Part shown: positions 11,001 to 21,510 of the stretch, piece after piece
How positions within the stretch are numbered: position 1 is the first letter of the stretch
How the letters are laid out: the number at the start of each line of letters is the position of its first letter
Position numbers and translations under genes: made by a program
Notes under the pieces: model-generated
What the model saw: the letters and a program-made list of their open reading frames with translations, nothing else
Told to the model about the DNA's origin: nothing
Database searches by the model: none
Source: Phoronis australis
Lineage: Eukaryota; Animalia; Phoronida
DNA length: 64,000 nucleotides
NCBI GenBank assembly: GCA_002633005.1
Contig: NMRA01000030.1
Location: 1,410,088 to 1,474,087 of the forward strand
Direction of reading: 5' to 3'

Positions 11001-14000
11001 ATATTTACCTGGTGTAATTTACTGGGTAATTGTCAGATATAATGTGCCTGAATTTTGAGAATCAGTTTTCTCCACTGAATAACGAGTATCAAACTGGTTC
11101 TCAAATTATGGGCATGTTATATCCCACTATTGCCCAAGTAGGTTTATTCTACAAATCACTTGATATCAAAATGGTTGTGCCTATGAAGGCACCGTCTACG
11201 TCCCTTTGTGCCAAAAAAGAACTCACTGAGGCAAGGCGTGGGGTTGCCGCTCCAGTCACCAAACTCATCACATTCGACTGTCCGCCAGGTGGAACCATCT
11301 ATGAAGAAATGACCCTCGTAACATGTGTAGTTGACTACAGTCGCGTAGATCGTGTCGTTTGTGTCCTTCACGGCGTTGGTGACGTTTGGTGCAGCACCGC
11401 AGCTGATGGCTGGAACGCAATTCACGTCTCATTAATGTTTATTCTTGCGCGTCTGAGCCTTTAATAACATGTCAAGAAGACTGGTAGAAAAGAGGAGTGC
11501 CACTCCCCCTCGACACTTGAAACAAGATTCCCGAATATCGTATATATTTACGCTGAAGAGAGCCTAATAACGATGACGATAAAATGTATCCAAGTGTTAT
11601 TTGTAAATCACCAGCGTTTACTTGCCTTAATGTTCTATGTCACACAAACTGATAATTTCCAGACAAAACGAATATCATCTTAAAGCCTGCCTCGCAAAAT
11701 AACAGAAAGTAACATAACCATTTACTCAGTCGCCAATGCATATTCAGTGGTGTTTTTGTTCATGTAATCTTTTTATCTCTTACGATAACAAGCGGGTAAA
11801 GTTGCTGGCTCCCACTTTCCCTCCGGGTTGCAGTACGTGTGTTTCAATATGGAGCTGTCGCTGTACTCATGACCGCCAATGCACGTCCACGTCACCGTGG
11901 TGTCGAAATACCGTGCCGTGGTGGATGGAACGGCGTTGGTTACGTTAATTTTTTTACACTGCTGAACTGAAAATGAAAGAAAAGTTGGATTCCAAGATGA
12001 AATAACCATGGAAATCCATACACTGTGTAACTATAAGAGCGAAGAGCTACCAGTAAAATAGAGAAATGCTTAAATTTACTACGAAAACAGATAAAAACTC
12101 ACGGAACATTTAAGCACTTTGTTATGTAAAACAGGAGTGAAAATGATCAGAACAAGTACTTGCAGAAACCATGGGCTTGTTGAGGCTGCTCAAGGCCAGA
12201 GAACGGGTTCAATAAATGTCTTGTCCATGCAAATAATGAACCTTACTTTCACACGGCATCGGCGGTGGAAGCCAGCCTCCGTTTAGTTGACAAAAGAACT
12301 CCTTGGTGGTAGTATTGTCGGGGTAAATGTAGCCGAGGTCGCAATCGTACGTGACGCGTGTGCCAAACACGTTTAAGGGAGAACTTGCTGTTGCGTGAGA
12401 CGTAATGGGACGAATGCAGGAGACTTCTGAAAGAGTAACCCAACGCCGGGATGGAAGCAGCGATAATTTGGGCAGTATAAATGGCAACTATGGCCGTATG
12501 ACAAGGCATGGCACATATCCCTCGGTTATTACAAATGTCATTGCCGGTTGACAGCCCGGAAACATTTACCGCCGGCTAGGTGCGGGACAGCTTCTGAAAT
12601 ATTCACCACCGGCTATGATTTGACCGCAGGGCAGCATTAGACATATTCATTACAAAAGTATAGCCGAATGAAAGGATTGGACAAACTTATCCCAGGTTCA
12701 TTACGCTCTATCAGAGCCCACAATATAGCTTTGAAGATTAGGTGCTAGTTATCATGGCGTCCAAGCATGGACAAGTGACAAGTAACACTAAGCTAGCTGC
12801 TCAATACATTACAGCCAGAACTGAGCATTAATGAATAGATGAGGCATAAAGTATACTCACCTTCACACTCACTGAAGTTTTGCGTCCACTTCTTAATTGT
12901 ACTGTCGCAGCGCGCCACTTTGGTGACGTTAGCCTCGTAGTAGGAGAACCAGTGGTTGGGTGCACACTCGTAGCTGATGACATTATCGACATCATTATTT
13001 GTGTCATTGAAGATCACGTGCTTAAATGAGGGAATAATCGGGCACACTTTGCCTAAAATATCACAATGGAACAGCTGAAACACTGGCAGTTGATTAAAAC
13101 ATATCTTTTAAAGATACGATAGGTTAAAGTGGTAAAGGCCAACAAAGCTTGTAGAGACATTAATTTATTAGGTCAATTTTAAGCATGCTCTGGAGGTTTG
13201 GAAAGCAAACTGGTAAACCCGAAGTTCTCGTAATATTCTCTGTTTTGAAGAAGACACGCCCCCCTTCTCGGTGTCTTCTCTTGTCGACTAAATGTGAGCA
13301 CAGCAGGTACAAGTACATAATATCTTACTCAAATGGTCACTTTATAGTTGGATTATAAATCGACTGCATCATAGCTAGGCACACACTTAGAATTCATTAT
13401 TAATATTCAGAGTCACTTACGTATGCAGTTCGGTACTGAACTCCATACACCGCCAACTTCACACGTAATAGATTTCACCGAGCTCTCATCTGGGTATTCG
13501 TATCCGTAGTCACACGTGTACGTCACAACCGTACCGACGCGTGACGTTGGAGCAGTGGTAGCATTCATGGTTCCGCTGGCAAACGGTACCACGGGAGGGA
13601 CAGGGCAATCTATAACGTGCAAAACAAGCAATATGGAGGCATATAGCTAGGCATCGCAGTTGATTAGCGACTAAATCATAGTTTGTATATTCCTGAATTG
13701 TTTGTCGATGAGTGGAAATAAATAACATTAATTGGGCCGCCTCGAACTCCACAGCGACACACGAATCTCGCTGTATTTACCCTCAATGCCGCAATATCCG
13801 TCAGCCACTTTTGCAGCCTCACGGCTTTCAATTGGAGTTTCACATGTTCGTTGTTGCTGACGTATTCTGTACAAGTTCTCGGCTGTGTTACTGTATTCGC
13901 CATTCTAAAGGCAACAAAATTCTATTGCTGTGGGCTGCAGCTCCCACGGGAGAAAGTTGAGTAAACTAGACAAATATCCGTGGACGCGTGGCGTGAACTT

Positions 14001-16808
14001 CTTCGCCTTGCCGACATCAATCAAAGACAAGAAAACTTCGGAGGTAGTGGATAAAGCAAGGTTGTCGTTAATTTTGATTCTAACAAAATCCCCTTTCTTG
14101 AAGATGCCCTTAAAATTCCGGTACTTTTGAACGGTTGAAGCAAGGGATATTTTCATGGTCAAACATCTTGATGATTCCTGACATAAACTGTAAAAATGTG
14201 GCTGACATTCCAAAATGAGACGCGCTCTCTTGCCTCCGGGACAAAGGAGATAACTATCCTTGTGTATAAGAGACGGCGCTATTAAAGGAACCTTTTGAGA
14301 CCCGTTGCAGACATTCCTACGCGGTAAAATCAGTTTTCTGGCAAACGAAGGTAGTTATGTAGCAGTCTTTACCTATAGATAAAAGTTGATTGAAAAGTCG
14401 ACGGTGCTGTCCATTTTGTTGCTAATGCACACTCACTCCGAATTCCCGTAAATTCGTTCGTTGATCCTCCAAACAACAAGCATAGAGCAAACCAGAAATA
14501 CAATCAATGACTTACCAAGTCTCAACTTGAGAAAATATTAAACAAGGCCGTTGCTGTAAAACTTAGCCTAGTCGTGTTTTCAATCAAGTTTAAATGGGTA
14601 AGAAATAAAAATTATGTGTACATCCTCTACTATGTATATTTATAATATTGCTTCAGACGTAGGAAACTCGACTTAAAAACTGAAATTCTAAACCATTCAC
14701 TACGAACCTTGAAGTCTTTTGCATACGAAGTCCAATTTGTTAGAACAGTCCCTGTCTCTCCAGGAGCCGAGATTAACAGACATCCGGGCACATTTTCCAT
14801 CATCGTCTGGTTCCTCTGTGTCCCAGTAAGTCCACTGCGAAGAGGAACTACCTTCCCATCTCCATATTGTACCAAACACTTGGAAATATCCTATCCAAAT
14901 ATTCTTAGTGGTTACTCCCACGCTGAAATACGAGGGTAAGAGATTTTGTATCTCCATTGTTGCCAACTTCACTTCATTAGCTCCTCAACTAGCAACATAG
15001 GCAGACTATCAAAATACGTGACAAAGCAGAATACTATCAAAATAGGTGACAAAGCAGAATACTATCAAAATACGTGACAAAGCAGAATACTATCACAATA
15101 TGCGAGAAAGCAGAATACTATCAAAATATGTGAGAAAGCAGAATACTTAACAATTTACTCGAACTAGTCTGAAATTAACAAAAGAAAAACGTTCCTCTAA
15201 AAGGCGTAATGCTTTGAAGATGCTTTGAATAAGCATTGGGTGTATAAGCCATGTCCTTGTAATTCCAACAGTAAGCCGCTTGAAATCAAGTTCACACAAC
15301 TCAAGACTCATAGAGCATGAGACAAATGAAGGCTCCATGTGGATAAAATCTCAAAATTCACGGCACATCTCAAACATAATACATAACGTGTTGGTTTGGT
15401 CCACATGTTGGGGCCCAAATATAATAACGACTTCATTGCCAAGGTGCCGATTAGGCCGAACGCTAACTGGCCCTGGCTGGTAACAGCTAACACAGGTGAA
15501 ACCAATTTACCTAAGCGAGTACACGTAGTCGTTCTCCGCCTTGTTCTCGATAAAAACGAGATCACTATACAAGATGTCGCACTGACGACTTGCTTCCGAC
15601 CACGTGGTTGAGTTGTGGACGCCTGATACAAAGTAGCAGTAGTCAAAGTTTTTGTACCATCCAGCAGCACATACTCCACCTATGTGAGAGAAACGTGTTG
15701 AATAATTGCTACAGCATGCTGGCCCGTAGGAGGCAAGGCCGCAACACTCCTCCCGCTCATCACCACCTACCAGACTAATCAGTCGTCACCATTTTCCATC
15801 TCCCCGTAATCGTGGTCGTCTTTTAAATGTCAAATTTGTTTACAACTGCGCACACACGAATTTCACGTTTCCGTATTTAAAATCAACATTCTCCGATCTC
15901 GTGTGAAAGACTCTAAGCCTCAAAGTACTAGAGAATGTCCCCAAAAGCTGTTCCACTTTCGACGACCACGAAGGGATATAAATAATCTTTTATATTCACT
16001 TCCGATATATGTACCCTCAGTGGACGACGTGACAGCGGTTAGGTTTCGCACGTCTTTTCACATGAATTAATTGAATTCTCAGCCTAACAAGCAATGCTAT
16101 TTAACAAATATCGGTATTTGTCGCAAAGATCTCACGACAGGGGCCGAGGTCGAATGTCAATATCACTTGGTGTCCTTGTGTATATTTGGTTATGGACGAT
16201 GGTGGTTGGGTGATGTTGGTGGTGGAGATACGTTCTACATAATGATTACTACCAACGCCTGTCTCTTCACAAATTGTAGGTACGCAATGGAAAGCAATTA
16301 CTGTAACTTGCAGATTTGGACCGAACAATTATCATCCACGGCTCATCCTTCCTTAACGCATAATGCGACTATAACACTTTTGATTTCGCGATTTGTTACA
16401 GAAAAAATCACACCTGTTTGACACTCAAAAAGAACGACCCGCATTAATTGAGGCGTCATTATCAATCAATACCGAATGCTATAAAGAGATATTAAAACTC
16501 CTAAAAAGCAAAATAGAACAGCAGGCTACAAACTGACGAGACAAATGATTATAACTTTCTGTGTCAGACTTACGTTACCCCGACAAGCCCGATCTATGCT
16601 GTATAAGGTAACAATTCGCGATAAACCTTACAACGGTATACAGTAGCTTTCATGACCACCTGAATCTGCCTATGATCTCTCAGTCCAATCGCTACCTACC
16701 TTGAACTGTCGGCAGACTACTGACGATAACGATGACAGTGATTGATAACTGGAAAACAACAGAAAACATACATGGATTCTTTAAAACTTCTCCATGAAAC
16801 AACTTCAT
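7500..16808 (-). CDS. Selectin-like type I membrane protein: signal peptide, C-type lectin domain, 5 sushi/CCP domains, TM, cytoplasmic tail (~661 aa, 9 exons)
   Basis: Exons 16808-16700 (putative), 15679-15511, 14922-14708, 13609-13421, 13052-12861, 12426-12247, 11966-11784, 11409-11227 and 8065-7500. All introns are GT-AG with compatible phases, giving 1986 nt in frame. CTLD motifs CYF/WIG/EPD/WRD, CCP C-P...YTC..G...C..G.W...P.C and TM IGAIAIVLIVLLVAGLVLF are present. Confidence 0.85.
8746..8927 (+). mobile_element. 5'-truncated L1/Tx1-type non-LTR retrotransposon fragment with poly(A), flanked by 111-bp direct repeats
   Basis: Peptide VIFGSFNGPKIINLLLCLGKYHIHKQRLQNVEPCFALFK resembles the L1/Tx1 ORF2 C-terminus. 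A poly(A) follows the N at 8905. Repeats at 8635-8745 and 8926-9036. Confidence 0.6.
9395..9760. repeat. ~41-bp minisatellite, about 9 copies
   Basis: Unit is approximately GCAGCCTTGGTAACTTGCATGTTTTAATGTCTTGAGTCTAC. Confidence 0.9.
10600..11135. mobile_element. MITE with ~90-bp TIRs (GGGC termini, possibly Harbinger-type)
   Basis: GGGCAATAGCCGAATATAACGCGCCC...TTCAGTGGAGAAAACTG is mirrored by CAGTTTTCTCCACTGAA...GGGCATGTTATATCCCACTATTGCCC. Confidence 0.75.
11227..11409 (-). CDS. Sushi domain exon 5
   Basis: ISCGAAPNV...VNYTCYEGH...VECDEFGDWSGNPTPCL; GTGAGT donor. Confidence 0.85.
11784..11966 (-). CDS. Sushi domain exon 4
   Basis: QQCKK...VTWTCIGGH...YCNPEGKWEPATLPACY; GTAAGA donor. Confidence 0.85.
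12247..12426 (-). CDS. Sushi domain exon 3
   Basis: VSCIRP...VTYDCDLGY...FCQLNGGWLPPPMPCE; GTAAGG donor. Confidence 0.85.
12861..13052 (-). CDS. Sushi domain exon 2
   Basis: KVCPIIP...ISYECAPNHW...ARCDSTIKKWTQNFSECE; GTGAGT donor. Confidence 0.85.
13421..13609 (-). CDS. Sushi domain exon 1
   Basis: DCPVPP...VTYTCDYGY...ITCEVGGVWSSVPNCI; phase 1/1; GTAAGT donor. Confidence 0.85.
14708..14922 (-). CDS. CTLD exon, C-terminal half
   Basis: NIWIGY...WRWEG...WDTEEPDDDGKCARM...GSWRDRDCSNKLDFVCKR, with a TTTCAG acceptor. Confidence 0.85.
15006..15146. repeat. 28-bp minisatellite, 5 copies, in the CTLD intron
   Basis: Unit ACTATCAAAATACGTGACAAAGCAGAAT. Confidence 0.9.
15511..15679 (-). CDS. CTLD exon, N-terminal half
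   Basis: Translates as GVCAAGWYKNFDYCYFVSGVHNSTTWSEASRQCDILYSDLVFIENKAENDYVYSL between CATAG| and |GTAAAT. This frame is not in the ORF track. Confidence 0.85.
16700..16808 (-). CDS. Putative exon 1 (signal peptide) of the CTLD-sushi gene
   Basis: Encodes hydrophobic MKLFHGEVLKNPCMFSVVFQLSITVIVIVSSLPTVQ with a phase-1 donor AAG|GTAGGT. The true start is uncertain (alternative ATG at 16769, or an internal acceptor). Confidence 0.5.
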
Positions 16809-19800
16809 AAATAATGTTAAACAAAAAAATTGAAAATGACAGACAGGCTAGTGAAAACTTGTCCACTCACTTTACGCTATTCTCGCTCTTCTCATAGGTT
16901 AATTAAGGTTTTACGTGATTCATACAAAGTTGCTAGCTCTAAAACATACGCTCGTTTGCAGGTCAGGAAACCCCGTTAATGTCAACTTTAGGGTGTGGTT
17001 ACTTCATGCTATTCTCTTTATCAGTCATTCCATAAACTTGTTTAAATACACGTACAACAAAACCACCACATGCACAGAGACCAATGCTCGAAATAATTTT
17101 ATTTCACAGTTCGCCTTGCTATATTTTACAAACTTTTATTTAGTGTTTGTGTCAATAACGTGGTCTAACATCTTTTAGTCAAGTAATGATGACAACATTT
17201 ACAAACCATGTATATCTTTGCCCGAGATGGGGCACGTGTTTTCGTTAGTAAACCTATTGTATAAATTAACCATCCATCGGCGGGACTCTGTTCTTGTCAA
17301 CATGTTTGCAAAGGAAAGAAACCGGTCATAGCGGCACTGACGGGAATTTTATGAATCCATAGCAGGAAAAAAACAAGTAACTTAACGTAAGCACGCCCAG
17401 TGTCACTTTGTCGCCCCGATGTCGTGTTGTGTCCCTTTAGACTTCGGCTTCAGTAGGAGATACATAGATTAAATATTTTAATTAGTCAAGACAAAATGTT
17501 GAAATACCTGAACAAGACGTATTTGGTTCATCGTCACTGCGTTATCCTCCAGTTAACATGACTGTTAAACACAAAAAGTTTAGTATCGGCCATTTTCTCA
17601 TCTCTCCATACTGTACAATAATGGGGAATCGTTAACCTCGGGCAACCAACTGTACCTGTAACGCAAAACAAATACTGATTATAAGAATCGATCTATCGAT
17701 TCGGTGGACAACATTCAAACAATATAAAAGGCGGATCGATCGTGCATTAATTGAAAATTAATTGTTCCGACATTATGGTGTTATGCAGTGCCATGTCTCA
17801 CGATTATTCAGCATTCGATCAAACGTGTACAATCAATCCGATTGACTTCAGTCAGACGGAAAGGTTTCATTCATAATTCCGGCACCAGGTGTCACGCTAT
17901 ATGTCGATTGACAAGACCATGTAGTTGGAAAGTATCCCAACAAGTGCATTAGACTAGCGTTCGTACGGAGATAAGAACATACTTTATGTCACAAGAGACG
18001 ACAAAGTCTATTTCTACAACTTAAAAAAACACAAAAATTGGTACAGTGGGTTCAATGTATAAACCCACATACAATCTTTAGAGTTTTCGAAGTCCCGTCT
18101 ACACTGTTAAACATCATCAAGCTTTAGAATTTTTAAGTCCTGTCCACAGTGCTTAACTCCATCAAACTGATGCGAGCACCCAGCTTAAAAACTGGGAGCT
18201 CGTATTTTTGAGAATGCGCATCTTTTACTAAAACAAAAACGGGGTACGTTCAGAGATCTCAGTGAATTGTGCATTCGCCGAATTGTGGTAGCTCCTGCCT
18301 CTTTAGTGGACTTTTGTCTCTTGTTTTTTTTTTCATTTTTTGGAGTTTTTGTTTCTTTGAGGCGGACCTATTTGCCCACTTCGCCAAATGAGGGGGCTCG
18401 TTCGAGCCCCCCCCCGAGCCTCCCCCTGGGTGAGCGCATGATACTTTTGTTTGGAAACGTGACAAAATTCCGAGTTTTCTGATGTTTCGGTGAATTCAGC
18501 AAACAGTCTGCATTAACAAATTCTATCAAAGTTTGATCGTGTACTGACAGAAATTTGTTTGAAAACTCTACCATAAATTTCTCCATGATAGCAAGTAGCA
18601 GCATATGTTGATAAAAACAACGATGGATATAAATTAGCAAGCCGAATTAAACCCATCGTCGTTTTTATGTACCATAAATTCGAGTTACATTGGCAAGCAT
18701 AGAAACGGGTGTTCCTAGCCTGAGAGTGGGTAAAATGTACCCTAATTAAAATATCGCAACCGCATTGGCTGACAAAAACATAATTTCATGCTGCACTTCA
18801 AACAAACCGTTATCGCTAAGTCCCCGCGCCTATATCTGAGAAACTCTAACAATTCCTCACATACTTTTGGTACAAAACCTGATCTTTCATAGCCTACAAA
18901 TTGACACAGTAATTACATATTTAATGCGGCATAAAATTATCAGCATATCTCTATCAACGATAGAAGGCCACTCTGTGCAACCATAACGCATCACAGGACG
19001 TTATCAGTTTCTTTGATAATGTATATTCGCGATAGAGTGCACATTTCTAAACAAATTAAACAGAGACGACTTTAATGTAGATGTGTGGACGCTCATGATA
19101 AAAGGCAGTGTATCCAGAGCGTATAACAGCTCAAGATGTTGTTTGATAAATTCATTAAGAGATCCGATACTAGTCGGGTTAGAAAAACAAATACAACTAA
19201 ATTAAAGACGCAGCAGTCGTGGTGAACACAGATTGCCGCTCAGAACCAAGAACTAAGTTCAAAAGAGTTGATCATCCGAACTTTACGAAATTAATAAATC
19301 AGACAGCAGCACATGAAATCTACAAGCTTGGCATGAGTGTAGCCCTAAGGTGGCCCACAGCCAGGGGTGTGCACAATATCACAACACTGCCTTCCGTCTC
19401 TAACCCACACGTTGCCAATGTCAGCGTGCAATGTACACAGTAGCTAGGACAGAATTGGTGACTACGAAGGAAGGAGGGCATAACAAACTGTAACAAAACC
19501 AGCTGTGTTGAAAAGCAAGGCGACCGGCTACCAAACTCGCAGCCTCCCTTTTCATTGGACCAAACCCCTACATTTATGATTCAACATCGATTTAAATGAG
19601 ATAGGACGGATGCGACAGATGATCGCAGTGGCAATGCACAAGATGACATGTAGTCACGTTTCAATCTGTAAGTTCAAACTATTGACTGTCAGGCCTTACA
19701 CATAGGCCTACATTTCAGAAACCGAATGGCTTCTTATACATGGGGGTGGGGTGGCAGGAAATCGAATGGGGTGCCGTGGGGCAAGATCTCTGTCCTGTGC

Positions 19801-20956
19801 CTGTACATGTAAGTAACCTTAACGAGCAAACGTTTTCATGTTAAATTCAACAGTATACCTTCGCTACATTTCCCAGTTACCACTTTTAAAATTCAAATTT
19901 GGCCATGAAACTATGTATGTAGTTTTAGAAATCATGATAAGCACAGAGCGTATTAAGCAACGAAAATACTGACCTTTTAGTCACCTGTTTTTTATTTAAA
20001 AATCGCAGAACTACGTAATTTCCGTAGTGTTGAAAAAATCATGATACCGAGAAAAGCATATTCATTTTCCGCATTTAAAGCTGTATTTCGTCCTATTTAG
20101 CTGGCTAAAAACGAAAATTGAATTTACTTTCATCAAACTAGTTACCTGTCCCTTAGCAGCATTCCGTTACCGATCCAAGTCACAGGTAATGCGTATGCCT
20201 ACATACGACATTTTTGAGTTTGCAATTTTAGGGTTGGCTAACCCCATAACGAATCTTTCCTTTTTGGTTCGCTGAACATGTTGATGCTCTTGTTGGTAAC
20301 GGAAAAGGAATCCCATCACGGCAGAGAATAAGGAGAAAAGAAACCCGGCAACAAGCGCTGAGTTTAGGGTCATCAAGAACCCCTTTTTTGCACAATACAG
20401 TTGGGGACCTGATTCGTGGTTTAAACGTGGATCACCACCAGGTGCACGTAGGTGCAATTGATTTCCAGGCATTTTGACAATTGGGCAATACACGGTATCT
20501 TAATTTTATTTGTGACTATTTGGGACGGACACTGTGCAAGAAGGCGATTGAAGCGGCACGTGAATACAAAGATGAACAAGAGACAGTGATTATTATATAT
20601 ATTCAGTTTAGAACGCGCAGTTTCCATTAAATATTTTATATGTTTGCATTTGAAGACTGTTGAGGTGTAACAGAACCAATTTGTAAGCGCTTTTTATGGA
20701 AATAAAACGTGAATATCCACGGACATTATCTACATGAACACAGAGACCAGACATGTGTCACTCACTTGCTTCTAACCGTGGATGATTACACGTTGATAAA
20801 TAGTTGTAGAATAAACGTTTTAAAACAATTCGGACGTCTAGTATAAACGTCGATGAAAGACGAGGAATTGAGATGAAAACAAACGAGCAGTAAAGTCAGT
20901 CAGGATTCGTTACAAGTGTTTCGCGGTTTGGGACGGCTAAGAGCTCAGGCGAGTGT

Positions 20957-20966
20957 TGATTGACAG
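20957..20966 (+). promoter_or_regulatory. Candidate PBX-MEIS/PREP site upstream of Hlx
   Basis: Exact TGATTGACAG decamer about 205 bp upstream of the Hlx ATG. Confidence 0.35.
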
Positions 20967-21170
20967 CCATTAGCGAATGTAGGCTGAACCAGAGGGCTGA
21001 AAAAGGCTGATTTCTTAAGAAAAAGAACATTAATTGTTCACGAGTGTCTATCATAACTTGCTGTTACTGAGAGGTCTGGGCATTTTACAACATCACTTAA
21101 AAGAGATCCACACTGAGATTCGCGCTTTTTCAATATTTCAAATCGACGCTGCCAGGTATCGACCGATTTA

Positions 21171-21510
21171 ATGCACATGGAGAGTGATCATCGCAAAATG
21201 TATTCGTCTGGATTCACGCATTTGCCAAACCCTTTCTACAGTTATCAATACTGGCCAACTGTTGTAGAGTTGTCCCCTAATCAAAGCCAGTCGGAGACCC
21301 ATACAGACCTAAGTCGAGGAACGCAGGGTCTGATTGTTGCGACGAACTGCAGGCAGTGTTTGAAGGACCAAGAGCGTAAGCAGCCTAAATGTACGTCAAA
21401 TATGGAGAGTGGTGCTGTGAACGCTCAGGGAGGGAAAAGTATGGAATTGAAATTTGGAATACAAAGGATATTGTCTGGTAAAACGACGGAAAAAGAGAGC
21501 GACCCAAAAG
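21171..21510 (+). CDS. HLX: Hlx exon 1 (eh1 motif)
   Basis: ATG at 21171 (alternatives at 21177 and 21198); donor AAAG|GTAAGT. Confidence 0.85.

Noticed and set aside
11470-11600. SINE-like or hammerhead-like segment (CTGAAGAGAGCCTAATAA) in a sushi intron
   Set aside because: No GAAA core and no recognisable head or tail; too decayed to call.
13676-14213. Minus-strand ORFs between the CTLD and first sushi exon (FKKGDFVRI) as an extra EGF exon or integrase
   Set aside because: No EGF Cys pattern, the flanking exons already join in phase, and the motif is too short for a TE call.
16101-16328. Thr-rich ORF as an additional exon of the lectin gene
   Set aside because: No convincing in-phase donor/acceptor pair and no domain similarity.
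18250-18440. hAT-like MITE end (...CCCCCTGGGTGAGCGCATG)
   Set aside because: The matching left TIR and TSD were not found; fragment only.
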